Assembly (NCBI GenBank): GCA_964483035.1
Contig: CAYZZS010000002.1
Location: 24,872-88,871 of the forward strand
DNA: 64,000 nt
From: an uncultured Candidatus Saccharibacteria bacterium
GTDB taxonomy: Bacteria > Patescibacteriota > Saccharimonadia > Saccharimonadales > CAYZZS01
Direction of reading: 5' to 3'
Both the position numbers and the translations under genes were made by a program. The notes beneath the pieces are model-generated. The model was not told the origin of the DNA. It searched no databases and saw only the letters and a list, made by a program, of their open reading frames with translations. Below, one piece after another: positions 9,534-19,303 of this stretch (positions are counted from its first letter, which is position 1; each line of letters begins with the position of its first letter).

Positions 9534-9668
9534 GATCGGAGCCGCTGCAGCCGTGGGTTGCTACTTTCACCAAAATAAAAGGTAGTAAAGAAAACTCTCG
9601 ATTCCCTGAGGCAAAAAAGTTACAATGTATGCCGATACCTACATAACTGTGACTTAGGGAGCGACCTT

Positions 9669-12272
9669 ATGAAGAGAGTGTTTAAGCGTGTTTTGGGTGA
9701 CCCGCAGGCAAAAACTTTGAAACGGCTGAAGAGACGGGTTCGTGAAATTAATGATCTTGCCGAAACGTATACCAAGATGTCCGATTCCGAGCTTCGTAAG
9801 CAGACGGACGTACTGAAAAAGCGGCTGGACCAGGATTCACTGGATAAAATTCTGCCGGATGCTTTCGCTGTAGTGCGCGAAGCAGCCACCCGAGCGCTGG
9901 GACAGCGGCACTATGATGTGCAGCTTATCGGCGGTATGGTACTGCACGAGGGTAACGTAGCCGAGATGAAGACTGGTGAAGGTAAGACGTTGGTCGCTAC
10001 CGCACCGGTGTATCTAAATGCGCTCACCGGCAAGGGCGTGCACGTCGTGACGGTCAACGACTATCTAGCGAAGCGTGACGCCGGCTGGATGGGGCAGGTG
10101 TACGACTTCCTCGGCCTTTCTGTGGGTGTGATTGTTCCTGATGAATCGTTTATTTATGACAAGACGTACACGAACGAAGAGCAATCTGACGAGCGATTTA
10201 AGCATCTCCGTCCCTGCACCCGCCAGGAGGCGTACGCGGCTGATGTAACCTATGGTACGAACAACGAGTTCGGCTTTGACTATCTGCGCGATAACATGGT
10301 GCGCGAAACTGACCAGCTGCGGCAACGGGAGCTGCACTTTGCGATCGTCGACGAAGTCGACTCGATTCTTATTGATGAGGCGCGCACGCCACTGATTATT
10401 TCCGCTCCGTCGATTACGAGCGGTAACGCCTACGCGCAATTTACCAAGGTGGTCCGCAATCTGAAGAAAGACGAAGATTATGAAGTCGATGAAAAGCGCA
10501 AATCAGTAGTACTGACCGATGCTGGTGTGGAGAGGACCGAGAAAATCCTAGGTATCGGTAACCTGTATGACGCTGACAATATCCGAACCATCTATCACTT
10601 AGAGCAGGCGTTGCGAGCTCAGGCGCTGTTTAAGCGCGATAAAGATTACGTGGTTACGACTGACGGTGAGGTAGTTATCGTTGACCAATTCACCGGCCGT
10701 CTGCTGAAAGGGCGCCGCTATAATGAAGGCCTGCACCAGGCAATTGAGGCCAAGGAAGGCGTCGAAGTCCAGCAGGAGTCAATGACACTGGCAACCATTT
10801 CTTTCCAGAATTACTTCCGTCTGTATGAGAAGCTGGCCGGTATGACCGGTACTGCTTTGACCGAAAGCGAAGAGTTCCATCAGATCTACAAGCTTGATGT
10901 GGTGGAGATTCCGCCGAACAAACCGATTGCCAGAATCGACCGGCCGGATCGTATTTATAAGACCGAAGCCGGTAAGTTCAGGGCCATTGTAGACGAGGTC
11001 AAGCAGCTGCATGAGAAGGGTCAGCCGGTCTTAATTGGTACCGTATCGATTGAAAAGAACGAGCGACTCAGTGAACTGCTTAGCAAGGCAGGTATTCCGC
11101 ACCAGGTGCTTAACGCCAAGAATAACGAGAAGGAGGCGGCAATTGTAGCGCGTGCTGGTGAAAAGGGTGCAGTTACGCTGGCAACCAACATTGCCGGACG
11201 CGGTACGGACATCGTGCTAGGTGAAGGGGTCAAGAAGTTAGGCGGCTTGTTCGTGCTTGGCTCGGAGCGGCACGAATCGCGGCGTATCGACAACCAGCTG
11301 CGCGGACGATCGGGGCGTCAAGGCGACCCGGGTGAGACCCAGTTCTTTGTGAGTACTGAGGATGATCTGATGCGTATTTTCGGCGGTGATCGGATCGGTG
11401 CAATCATGGATCGGCTCAAGGTCGATGATGATGTGCCAATCGAGAACCGCATCATCAGCAAGAGCCTGGAAAGCGCACAGAAGAAAGTCGAGGGTTTCAA
11501 CTTCGACCAGCGCAAGAACGTTGTGCAGTATGACGACGTCATGAACCGCCACCGCAAGGCAACCTACGCCATGCGCCGTGAGATTTTAAAGCAGACTGAT
11601 ATCAGAAAGCGGATTGGTATTTTCATTGAAGAAGAAGTTCGTGAGCTTAGCAATTCGCCGCTGGCAACAACAGAACAGTATCAAGACATCATTACCGAAG
11701 TATTCCCGTTTGACGAGGAGACGCTGGATCAGCTGTTTGATGCTGAGGCTGACCGGTTTGAGACAGTCTTGCTGCAGAAGGCGAAAGAGCTATATAACGG
11801 TAGAGAGGCAGCCTTCACACCGGACATCATGCGTAAGGTTGAGCGGGATATTTACCTGCAGGTGCTTGATAATCTCTGGATGCAGCACCTGGAAAACATG
11901 GCCCATCTAAGAGAGGGCATCCACTGGATCAGTGTAGGCCAGCGTGATCCGCTTGTTGAGTATCGACGCCAGGGGCAGCGGCTCTTCGACGAAATGCAGC
12001 ACAACCTGCGGCACGACGTGCTTCGAGCCCTGTTCCATGCTGAGCCGGTTCGGGCTGAGGAGATTGATCGCCCAATTGAAACCGAGCTGACGCGTGCTGC
12101 TCGCCAGTCGGTCGATAATGCCGATAGGGTAACGCGTGCAGATCACTTGCACGAGGAAGATTTCGTGCCGAAAAAGGCTGAGCAAAAGGCTAAGAAGGCG
12201 GCTGACGAAAAGCGCAAGAAGAGCCGTAAGGCTGAGCGCCAGCGCCGCAAGAAAGGTATGCAGCGCCGCTAA
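9669..12272 (+). CDS. secA: Preprotein translocase ATPase SecA (no C-terminal zinc finger; basic Lys/Arg tail)
   Basis: DEAD-motor motifs (MKTGEGKT, DEVDSILIDEA, TNIAGRGTDI), full-length similarity. Confidence 0.95.
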   Translation: MKRVFKRVLGDPQAKTLKRLKRRVREINDLAETYTKMSDSELRKQTDVLKKRLDQDSLDKILPDAFAVVREAATRALGQRHYDVQLIGGMVLHEGNVAEMKTGEGKTLVATAPVYLNALTGKGVHVVTVNDYLAKRDAGWMGQVYDFLGLSVGVIVPDESFIYDKTYTNEEQSDERFKHLRPCTRQEAYAADVTYGTNNEFGFDYLRDNMVRETDQLRQRELHFAIVDEVDSILIDEARTPLIISAPSITSGNAYAQFTKVVRNLKKDEDYEVDEKRKSVVLTDAGVERTEKILGIGNLYDADNIRTIYHLEQALRAQALFKRDKDYVVTTDGEVVIVDQFTGRLLKGRRYNEGLHQAIEAKEGVEVQQESMTLATISFQNYFRLYEKLAGMTGTALTESEEFHQIYKLDVVEIPPNKPIARIDRPDRIYKTEAGKFRAIVDEVKQLHEKGQPVLIGTVSIEKNERLSELLSKAGIPHQVLNAKNNEKEAAIVARAGEKGAVTLATNIAGRGTDIVLGEGVKKLGGLFVLGSERHESRRIDNQLRGRSGRQGDPGETQFFVSTEDDLMRIFGGDRIGAIMDRLKVDDDVPIENRIISKSLESAQKKVEGFNFDQRKNVVQYDDVMNRHRKATYAMRREILKQTDIRKRIGIFIEEEVRELSNSPLATTEQYQDIITEVFPFDEETLDQLFDAEADRFETVLLQKAKELYNGREAAFTPDIMRKVERDIYLQVLDNLWMQHLENMAHLREGIHWISVGQRDPLVEYRRQGQRLFDEMQHNLRHDVLRALFHAEPVRAEEIDRPIETELTRAARQSVDNADRVTRADHLHEEDFVPKKAEQKAKKAADEKRKKSRKAERQRRKKGMQRR

Positions 12273-12354
12273 GACATGAGTGCGACCGCATTCGCGTTCT
12301 CCTTGTCTATCATATTTACTTTGAGCAACTAACGGAAAGCAGTATCTTCGACTC

Positions 12355-13647
12355 ATGAAACATACCGTCAGCGAACTGAAACTTTCAAACGGGGCACAGG
12401 GCTTACTCATCCATGTGCCAGACGCGACGGTGATGACATTCGATATTAATTTTAGGGCCGGTGAGTATTTGGTAGATCGCCCAAAATGGGAAACACCGCA
12501 TATCATGGAGCATATGCTGCTGGGTGCCAACGAACTGATTCCGCGGGCCCGCGCCTTTCAGGCGGAGTTCGAGAAGAACGGTGCCTACAGCAATGCTTCG
12601 ACAAGTACCTACGACATTATTTACGAAGCTGAATGCGCGGACTTCGAATGGGACCGGATTCTTGGCCTGCTGCTAGTCTCTATCACCAAGCCGCTGTTCC
12701 TGGAGGAAGAATTCAAGGCTGAGTACGGCAATGTGCGCGAAGAGCTTACCGCCCGGTCAAATAACCACTTTCGGCACCTCAGCTTATCGTTGCGCGGCCG
12801 GTACGGGTTCAGTGCGCTGACTGATCATACGCGGCTGGAGTTGATGCCTAACGTGACACTTGAGGATATCCGACATCACTACGATGCCACGCATACTTCG
12901 CAGAACATGCGCTTTGTCATCGCTGGCAACATCAATAAGAAGCGGCGCGATACGATAAAAAAGCTACTCGGCACTATTGAGCTAGAAGAGGGCGAGGGAC
13001 GCAAAGAGTTACCGCTGGAAATGCCAAACGGTTTGGAGCAGCCGCTGTATATTCATAATGATACGGTGGACAACTTGTATTTTTATGTCGATACGTTCAT
13101 GACGCGGCGACTGACCGACCCTGAGAGTGATGCGCTGAATCTACTCAATACCATGCTGACAGAGACACTGTATTCACGAATACTTGGCGCAGCCAGAGAG
13201 CGCGGACTGGTTTACGATATGAATTCTGGCATCAACCAGTCACGGGCCTGTAGCAATTGGTGGTTCGGAGCGCAGGTTATGCCGCAGAACGCCAGGCCGC
13301 TGTTCAGTATCATGATGAAGGAGCTGTCGGATATATTTGATGGCAAGTTGGATGATGAGGATGTGCAGGCAGCCAAGCAGTATGCACTTGGCAAATACCA
13401 GCGCAGTGGTCAGACAGTCGGTGGTACTGCGAACGGCTACGCGTATCGTTACTTCTTTGACGAACACATCGAAGACTACTATTCCGTGCCGGACCGTATT
13501 AGGGCTATCAGTAAGCAGCGCATCGTGAAAATTGCGAATGAAATGTTCAGCGAGAAGGTCTGGGGTCTCGGTGCGCTCGGTAATGCCGGTAATGAATTCA
13601 CCGAGGAGCTGCACAGGAAGATCCGGCCGCTTTGGTCGCGTCACTAA
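12355..13647 (+). CDS. M16 family zinc peptidase (pitrilysin/insulinase-like)
   Basis: HIMEHML = HxxEH inverted zinc-binding motif near N-terminus; roughly 430-aa two-lobe architecture. Confidence 0.7.
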   Translation: MKHTVSELKLSNGAQGLLIHVPDATVMTFDINFRAGEYLVDRPKWETPHIMEHMLLGANELIPRARAFQAEFEKNGAYSNASTSTYDIIYEAECADFEWDRILGLLLVSITKPLFLEEEFKAEYGNVREELTARSNNHFRHLSLSLRGRYGFSALTDHTRLELMPNVTLEDIRHHYDATHTSQNMRFVIAGNINKKRRDTIKKLLGTIELEEGEGRKELPLEMPNGLEQPLYIHNDTVDNLYFYVDTFMTRRLTDPESDALNLLNTMLTETLYSRILGAARERGLVYDMNSGINQSRACSNWWFGAQVMPQNARPLFSIMMKELSDIFDGKLDDEDVQAAKQYALGKYQRSGQTVGGTANGYAYRYFFDEHIEDYYSVPDRIRAISKQRIVKIANEMFSEKVWGLGALGNAGNEFTEELHRKIRPLWSRH

Positions 13648-13672
13648 AATTCCTTAAGGTATACTTACTGCA

Positions 13673-14764
13673 ATGGAGCAACTAGCAAGAGATATAGCGG
13701 ACTTTGAGGGTGCGGTGCTGGCTTCCGTGGAACGAATTCGCCTCCAGGAGCTTGAGGCTGAGCTGGCGCAGATAGCTGAGGAGATTGAATCGCCAGATTT
13801 TTGGTCAGATAACCGGCATGCGCAGTCGGTCATGAAACGCCAGGCAAAGCTGCTTGCCAGGGTGGAGCCGTGGCAGCAGCTCCGTTCGGGGTTGGCTGAT
13901 CTGGCTGAGCTGGCTGCACTCAATGACGAGTCTTTGCAGGAAGATCTTACCGCGCAGCTGGCGCAGCTGAAGCAATCGTACGAAGATTTGACCGGGCAGC
14001 TGAAGCTCTCGGGCGACTATGATGATCGAGACGCTATACTCAGTATCTATGCCGGAGCCGGCGGTACGGACGCCCAGGATTGGGCAGCGATGCTACTGAG
14101 GATGTATATTCGCTGGGCCGAACGGCATGGTATGAGCGTTCTGACTATCGAGCAATCCGAGGGTGACGAAGCGGGGCTGAAGAGCGTGACACTGGAGATT
14201 AGCGGCAATTTCGTCTACGGACTGCTGAAGGGCGAGCACGGCGTGCATCGCCTGGTCCGGCTCAGCCCCTTTAATGCCGACAATCTACGCCAGACCAGCT
14301 TTGCCAAAGTTGAAGTACTGCCCAAAATCGAGAATGAAGAGGATGTCGAAATTGATGAAAAGGATTTGCGTATCGATGTATACCGGTCCGGAGGCAAGGG
14401 AGGGCAGTCGGTGAATACAACTGATTCAGCCGTTCGGATTACGCATGAGCCGACCGGTATTACGGTGGCCATTCAGAATGAGCGTTCGCAGCTGCAAAAT
14501 AAAGAAACAGCGCTAACTATCTTGCGCTCCCGCTTGGCACAGCTAAAGCTGGAGCAGCATCAGGAAAAGATTGCTGAGCTAAAGGGGCCGAACCAGTCGG
14601 CGGAGTGGGGCAATCAAATTAGGTCCTACGTTCTCCACCCCTACACTATGGTCAAGGACTTGCGTACCCGACATGAGACCAGTGATACCGAGGGGGTGCT
14701 CGATGGTGAGCTCGACTCATTCATCGAAGCCTATCTTGATTCGCAGATTGGTGAACAGAGTTAG
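13673..14764 (+). CDS. prfB: Peptide chain release factor 2, encoded as a single uninterrupted ORF (no programmed +1 frameshift site)
   Basis: SPF motif (RLSPFNADN), GGQ motif (RSGGKGGQSVNTT), near end-to-end alignment to E. coli RF2; no early in-frame TGA. Confidence 0.9.
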   Translation: MEQLARDIADFEGAVLASVERIRLQELEAELAQIAEEIESPDFWSDNRHAQSVMKRQAKLLARVEPWQQLRSGLADLAELAALNDESLQEDLTAQLAQLKQSYEDLTGQLKLSGDYDDRDAILSIYAGAGGTDAQDWAAMLLRMYIRWAERHGMSVLTIEQSEGDEAGLKSVTLEISGNFVYGLLKGEHGVHRLVRLSPFNADNLRQTSFAKVEVLPKIENEEDVEIDEKDLRIDVYRSGGKGGQSVNTTDSAVRITHEPTGITVAIQNERSQLQNKETALTILRSRLAQLKLEQHQEKIAELKGPNQSAEWGNQIRSYVLHPYTMVKDLRTRHETSDTEGVLDGELDSFIEAYLDSQIGEQS

Positions 14765-14863
14765 CTGAAGCAGCGTTCTGCTGGCTGCAGTGCTGGAATT
14801 CCGATATCGTCGCCAGCCGTAATCCGACATAGTGAAGCTGTAAGCAGTCCCGCGGGAGGTGTT

Positions 14864-15061
14864 ATGCGATATCAGAGTACGATGCCGATGCTATCAAAAC
14901 ATAGCAACATCTGGCAATTGCCGGATAGCCCGGGCACCGTTCCACCCAGCAGGCCGGGCCAACCAGATGAGGGGCCTGAGGTTCCGAACCCGGATCCTGG
15001 CGTGCCGATTCCCGAGGAACCGGACGATACTCCTTCTCCCGGTATGGGCGAAGTTTCGTAG
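14864..15061 (+). CDS. Small Pro-rich acidic hypothetical protein (65 aa)
   Basis: GGGAGGTG Shine-Dalgarno 4-5 nt before ATG; lies in the 357-bp prfB-ftsE gap; low-complexity PxP composition, could be spurious. Confidence 0.25.
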   Translation: MRYQSTMPMLSKHSNIWQLPDSPGTVPPSRPGQPDEGPEVPNPDPGVPIPEEPDDTPSPGMGEVS

Positions 15062-15121
15062 ATAGAGCGGACTTTTGCCGGCTGTAATGCTTTAGCATAT
15101 CTGTTATAATTATCTTCGTTC

Positions 15122-15805
15122 ATGATACTTCTGGATAGGGTAACAAAAATATATGGCCGCCATGCCAGCCCGGCAATTGAACGGGTTAATTTGCATGTAG
15201 AGCCGAAGGAATTCGTTATCGTAGTCGGCTCCAGTGGTGCCGGAAAATCAACACTCTTGAAGCTTCTGACCAGAGAAGAGAAGCCGTCGAGTGGCAAGAT
15301 TATCGTTGGCGGCGTGGATTATGACAAGTTGCGTGACCGTGACATACCGCTGCTTCGGCGCAAGATCGGCGTGGTATTTCAGGATTTCAAATTACTGCCA
15401 AATAAAAGCGTAGCTGAGAACGTGGCTTTTGCGCTGGAAATAGTCGGGATGGGAAGCCGGGAGATTCATCATACCGTGCCGCGGGTGCTGGATATTGTCG
15501 GATTGAAGGGCAAGGAAGGCCGTATGCCGCAGGAGCTGTCCGGCGGTGAGCGCCAACGCGTGGCAATCGCCCGGGCGATTGTCCGCCAGCCCAAGATCCT
15601 AATTGCTGATGAGCCGACCGGCAACCTTGACCCGAAGCATGCCTGGGATGTGATCCGGGTGCTGGAGAAGATCAACAAATACGGCACTACCGTGTTGCTG
15701 ACAACCCACAACAAGGAAATCGTTGATAAGCTACAGCGTCGGGTCATTACTATCAAAGACGGCAAAATTTTTAGCGATCAAGCCCACGGGGGTTATACCG
15801 GATGA
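15122..15805 (+). CDS. ftsE: Cell-division ABC transporter ATPase FtsE
   Basis: Walker [10 protein letters not shown], signature LSGGERQR, Walker B ILIADEPT; co-linear with E. coli FtsE. Confidence 0.9.
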   Translation: MILLDRVTKIYGRHASPAIERVNLHVEPKEFVIVVGSSGAGKSTLLKLLTREEKPSSGKIIVGGVDYDKLRDRDIPLLRRKIGVVFQDFKLLPNKSVAENVAFALEIVGMGSREIHHTVPRVLDIVGLKGKEGRMPQELSGGERQRVAIARAIVRQPKILIADEPTGNLDPKHAWDVIRVLEKINKYGTTVLLTTHNKEIVDKLQRRVITIKDGKIFSDQAHGGYTG

Positions 15806-16758
15806 GGAACGAGAGCACGATCAAGAGCCGACTTATTACACTCGGCCGGATTGTCAGGGCAGGCTCGAAAAACCTGTTTCGTAACGCCTGGCTCAGTATC
15901 GCGGCCATTGCAGTCATGGTCGTGGCACTGACCATTATTCTGCTGGCTGTCGTGTTGAATGTGACGGCGCGGAATGCGATCAGCGAACTGTCAAAGAACC
16001 TGAAAGTCTCGATATATCTGCATGAAGATGTGTCGGATCAGCGCCGGCAGGAGTTGGAGCAAGCGCTGCGGGCAAGCGAGTACAGCGCGTCTGTGGAGTA
16101 TATTTCCAAGGATCAGGCGCAGTCCCGATTCACCCAAAGTTTTCAGAATGATCAAGAGCTCCTTGAGGGGCTGATGTTGGCTGGTGCTGATACTCTGCCG
16201 GCGTCGTACGAGGTAGGGGTTAGTGACCTGAGCCGGATGCAGGAGATTGAAACGATAGCTGGCAGGGAAGATTTTTCCGATATTGTCGAGAGCATCACAC
16301 TTGGCCGGACTGACGCCCGTCGCACTATTGATCGAGCTGCCTCAGCGCAAGGCTTCATTACTCGCGCCAGTGTATTCTCGGCTACGGTCTTCACCATAGT
16401 TTCGGTACTGATTATTTTCAATACCATCCGTATGGCGATCTTTACCCGTTCTGAAGAGATTCGAATCATGAAGCTGATTGGAGCCACGCCAAGCTATATC
16501 CGTGGCCCGTTTTTGGTCGAGGCCTCGCTTTATGGCATTATCGCTGGATTGATAGCCGCCGGTGCGGTATATTCCATTGTCTTGTCTATCGGGTCCAAGA
16601 TCGCTTCGCAGCCGGAGTTTGCGCAAACATATAGCTTCTTCACGCTACCGGCATCTGTTGCTATGGTGCTGGTGTGCTCGGTGCTTGCCGGTATTTTGGT
16701 CGGTGTCTTCTCCAGCGCCCTGGCTATGGAGCGGCACTTGAAGCTAAAGCATTGGTAG
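15802..16758 (+). CDS. ftsX: Cell-division permease-like protein FtsX
   Basis: 4-bp overlap with ftsE (ATGA), TM1-large extracellular loop-3 TM topology typical of FtsX. Confidence 0.9.
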   Translation: MRNESTIKSRLITLGRIVRAGSKNLFRNAWLSIAAIAVMVVALTIILLAVVLNVTARNAISELSKNLKVSIYLHEDVSDQRRQELEQALRASEYSASVEYISKDQAQSRFTQSFQNDQELLEGLMLAGADTLPASYEVGVSDLSRMQEIETIAGREDFSDIVESITLGRTDARRTIDRAASAQGFITRASVFSATVFTIVSVLIIFNTIRMAIFTRSEEIRIMKLIGATPSYIRGPFLVEASLYGIIAGLIAAGAVYSIVLSIGSKIASQPEFAQTYSFFTLPASVAMVLVCSVLAGILVGVFSSALAMERHLKLKHW

Positions 16759-16855
16759 GGAAGCTAGTCGTATCGCTGCCTGTCGCCCGGCCTGTTTTTG
16801 CATTTCATCTGGAAAATAGTTATGCTACCATGGGATTATGTCATAGGCTAATGCC

Positions 16856-18028
16856 ATGCGAAAAAACATAAAAACTACCAGAATAAAACAGTATCCAGCA
16901 TTTGTTGTCATAGCCGCCTGCTTGCTGGCGGCTGTTGGCTTTATGGGTAGTTTTCAGGGCAAGACCGGTGCTGAGTCCATTGATGAGCTGCGGGAAAAGT
17001 CAGCCCAGCTTCAGTCAGAAATCAATGAGGCGAATCGCAAGGCAGCTGAACTTGCGGACCAGGCCAGTTCACTAGAGAAGGCAGTTGCCGAACTGGATAT
17101 TCAGATTGAGCAGGCCACCAAAGAAATTGAACTGACAAACGTAAAAATTGCCGAACTGGAAGAAGAGCTGCGTATTACACAGGCCGAACTCGAACGTCAG
17201 AAAGACCTCCTCAAAGCCAACATGCGCGCTCTCTACAAACGGGGCGGCGCCTCCACAGTTGAAATGCTTGCCGCCAGCGACAGCTTCACTGAATTTATTA
17301 ACGACCAGGAATACCTGGAGCGGCTGAAGGTTTCGATACAGCAGTCGACGGAGAGGGTGATTGCCCTAAAGCAGCAGATTCAGGCGCAGCAGACCGAGCA
17401 AAAAGCACTGCTCGCTAAACAGGAGGCTGCCAAGCTGTCACTGGATAACACACGGGCAGAACGTGCTAACTTGCTTGAAGCGACTCGCGGCGAAGAGGCG
17501 CGATTTAGGGAGTACAGCCGCAGCCTGGCCGATCGGCAACGTGAGATTAACCGGGAACTGCTTCGCCGAAGCCGTATTGTCAGTACCGGCGGGTCGGGGA
17601 ACTATCCTTGGGCTCATGCGCTTTGCTCCATTACGCATCAGGTGGACGGTGGATGCTGGGATTACGAATGGTATGTCGACAGTTTCTGGAACCGACAAGA
17701 TCCCTGGGGCTATTATTATCGGAACTGTACGTCATATGTCGCCTGGCGAAGTGCGCAGAACGGGCTTGAGGTGCCGGGACTAGGTAATGGCGGTGCCTGG
17801 GCAAGTAACGCCTGGAAGCACAATCTGCCCACTGGCAAGACGCCAAAACGGGGTGCATTTGCAGTGTTTACGACCGGCGGCTATGGCCATGTGGCGTACG
17901 TTGAAGATATTAAAGGTGGCGAAGTGCTAATAAGTGAGTATAATTTTGTAGCGGACGGTGTGTATTCCGAGCGCTGGATTCCACAAAACCAGCCAACTAG
18001 CTATGTGTATACACCGTGGTCATATTAA
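16856..18028 (+). CDS. Coiled-coil + CHAP-domain peptidoglycan hydrolase (PcsB-like)
   Basis: Signal-anchor, roughly 200-aa coiled coil, C-terminal CHAP with Cys (NCTSYVAWR) and His (GHVAYVE). Confidence 0.8.
   Translation: MRKNIKTTRIKQYPAFVVIAACLLAAVGFMGSFQGKTGAESIDELREKSAQLQSEINEANRKAAELADQASSLEKAVAELDIQIEQATKEIELTNVKIAELEEELRITQAELERQKDLLKANMRALYKRGGASTVEMLAASDSFTEFINDQEYLERLKVSIQQSTERVIALKQQIQAQQTEQKALLAKQEAAKLSLDNTRAERANLLEATRGEEARFREYSRSLADRQREINRELLRRSRIVSTGGSGNYPWAHALCSITHQVDGGCWDYEWYVDSFWNRQDPWGYYYRNCTSYVAWRSAQNGLEVPGLGNGGAWASNAWKHNLPTGKTPKRGAFAVFTTGGYGHVAYVEDIKGGEVLISEYNFVADGVYSERWIPQNQPTSYVYTPWSY
17180..17342 (+). repeat. 163-bp segment identical to 18421-18583 (copy 1, inside CHAP gene coiled-coil)
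   Basis: Direct comparison of the two stretches (acaggccgaactcgaacgtcag...gtttcgatacag) shows no mismatches. Confidence 0.85.
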
Positions 18029-18058
18029 TAGGGTAAATACGAACATTGAGGGTAAATT

Positions 18059-19270
18059 TTGCGAGAGGGTAAAAGCAGCATAAGGCACAAACAAAGAGAG
18101 CGCCAGGCAACACAAATACGGAAAAAAAGCAGCAGGCTGCTATTTGGAATTGCTACCGTGCTTATTGCAGCTGGCACCTACTGCGGGTACCTGACGCATT
18201 CAACGGCAAGCGCACAGTCGGTTAATGAGCTCCGGGCGCGTTCCGCGCAGTTGGAGGCAGAGATCAAAGCCAATGAGCAGCGGGCAGCGGAACTACATAG
18301 TCATGCTGAGACATTGGCCGAGAAGCTCCAAGAGCTGCGATACGAGATCGAGCATGCCAATAAAGAGATTCAGCTGACTAAGTTGAGGATCGAAGAGCTC
18401 ACTAAAAAGCTGGAAGAGACACAGGCCGAACTCGAACGTCAGAAAGACCTCCTCAAAGCCAACATGCGCGCTCTCTACAAACGGGGCGGCGCCTCCACAG
18501 TTGAAATGCTTGCCGCCAGCGACAGCTTCACTGAATTTATTAACGACCAGGAATACCTGGAGCGGCTGAAGGTTTCGATACAGGAATCGGCGGTAAAAGT
18601 AGTTGAGTTGCAAAAGCAGATCGAAGCAGAAAAGCAGGAGCAGGAAGCCCAGAAGCAGCACCAGGAAGAGCAGCGCCGTGTCCTTGATGCCAAGCGTCAG
18701 GAGCAGAGCGATCTCCTGGCTCGAACCCAAGGAGAGGAAGCGAAGTACAAGCAGGTGGTTGCCCAGCAGCGCCGAGAGCTGAAAGAGGCAGAAGATAAGC
18801 TGGCAAGACTGCTATCAGCCGGAACGACCGTTTCTCAAGGGCCGGTTTCGCGCGGCCAGAAAGTTGGCTCTCTCGGCAGTACCGGTTATTCAACCGGACC
18901 CCATCTGCATTTCATGGTTCGTCATAATGGCGCGACCGTAAACCCTTCGGCTGGGGGGCGCAGTCTGATTAATGGCTACTCATGGCCGATTGCCGGCGGT
19001 GCGGGTTGGATTTCGCAGCACTATGGCTGCGTGGCGCCTGCTGGATTTTATGCTCAAAGCTGTAATGGGGGCCGCAACAGTGTGCACAGTGGTATGGATA
19101 TTGCTGCCAGTGCCTATACGAGCATTGTTGCTGCAGCTGATGGTGAAATCGTGTTCCGCGGCTGTTCCGGTGCACTCGGATACGTTGTCGTGATTGACCA
19201 TGGCGGTGGGTGGCAGACCTGGTATCCGCATATGGTGACGCCATCCGGCCAGGTTTACGGCTACTGCTAG
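18059..19270 (+). CDS. Coiled-coil + M23 (LytM) metallopeptidase (EnvC-like); M23 motifs in circularly permuted order
   Basis: [13 protein letters not shown] (HxH block, aa ~270-285) precedes HSGMD (HxxxD, aa ~343) and IDHGGG/YPHM. The canonical order is the reverse. Confidence 0.8.
   Translation: MREGKSSIRHKQRERQATQIRKKSSRLLFGIATVLIAAGTYCGYLTHSTASAQSVNELRARSAQLEAEIKANEQRAAELHSHAETLAEKLQELRYEIEHANKEIQLTKLRIEELTKKLEETQAELERQKDLLKANMRALYKRGGASTVEMLAASDSFTEFINDQEYLERLKVSIQESAVKVVELQKQIEAEKQEQEAQKQHQEEQRRVLDAKRQEQSDLLARTQGEEAKYKQVVAQQRRELKEAEDKLARLLSAGTTVSQGPVSRGQKVGSLGSTGYSTGPHLHFMVRHNGATVNPSAGGRSLINGYSWPIAGGAGWISQHYGCVAPAGFYAQSCNGGRNSVHSGMDIAASAYTSIVAAADGEIVFRGCSGALGYVVVIDHGGGWQTWYPHMVTPSGQVYGYC
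18421..18583 (+). repeat. 163-bp segment identical to 17180-17342 (copy 2, inside M23 gene coiled-coil)
   Basis: Same as above; both encode [54 protein letters not shown]. Confidence 0.85.
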
Positions 19271-19303
19271 GCGCAAGTCGTAGTACAATGCATTGAGTAA
19301 TAC

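Noticed and set aside
9534-9668. Putative terminator hairpin after hpf (CTACTTT...AAAGGTAG)
   Set aside because: The stem is AT-rich with a bulge and there is no clear T-tract, which is too weak. The TACAAT -10 for secA in the same spacer is plausible but its -35 is poor.
11907-12530. 207-aa minus-strand ORF (and several other ORFs of 60-190 aa) antisense to secA, serS, the ABC exporter and the repeat-protein gene
   Set aside because: They lie entirely within, and opposite to, strongly supported conserved genes. They lack RBS and are typical GC-rich antisense artefacts.
14872-15297. 141-aa minus-strand ORF overlapping the ftsE start
   Set aside because: It is antisense to the conserved FtsE Walker A region and has no start signals. 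The plus-strand ftsE is unambiguous.
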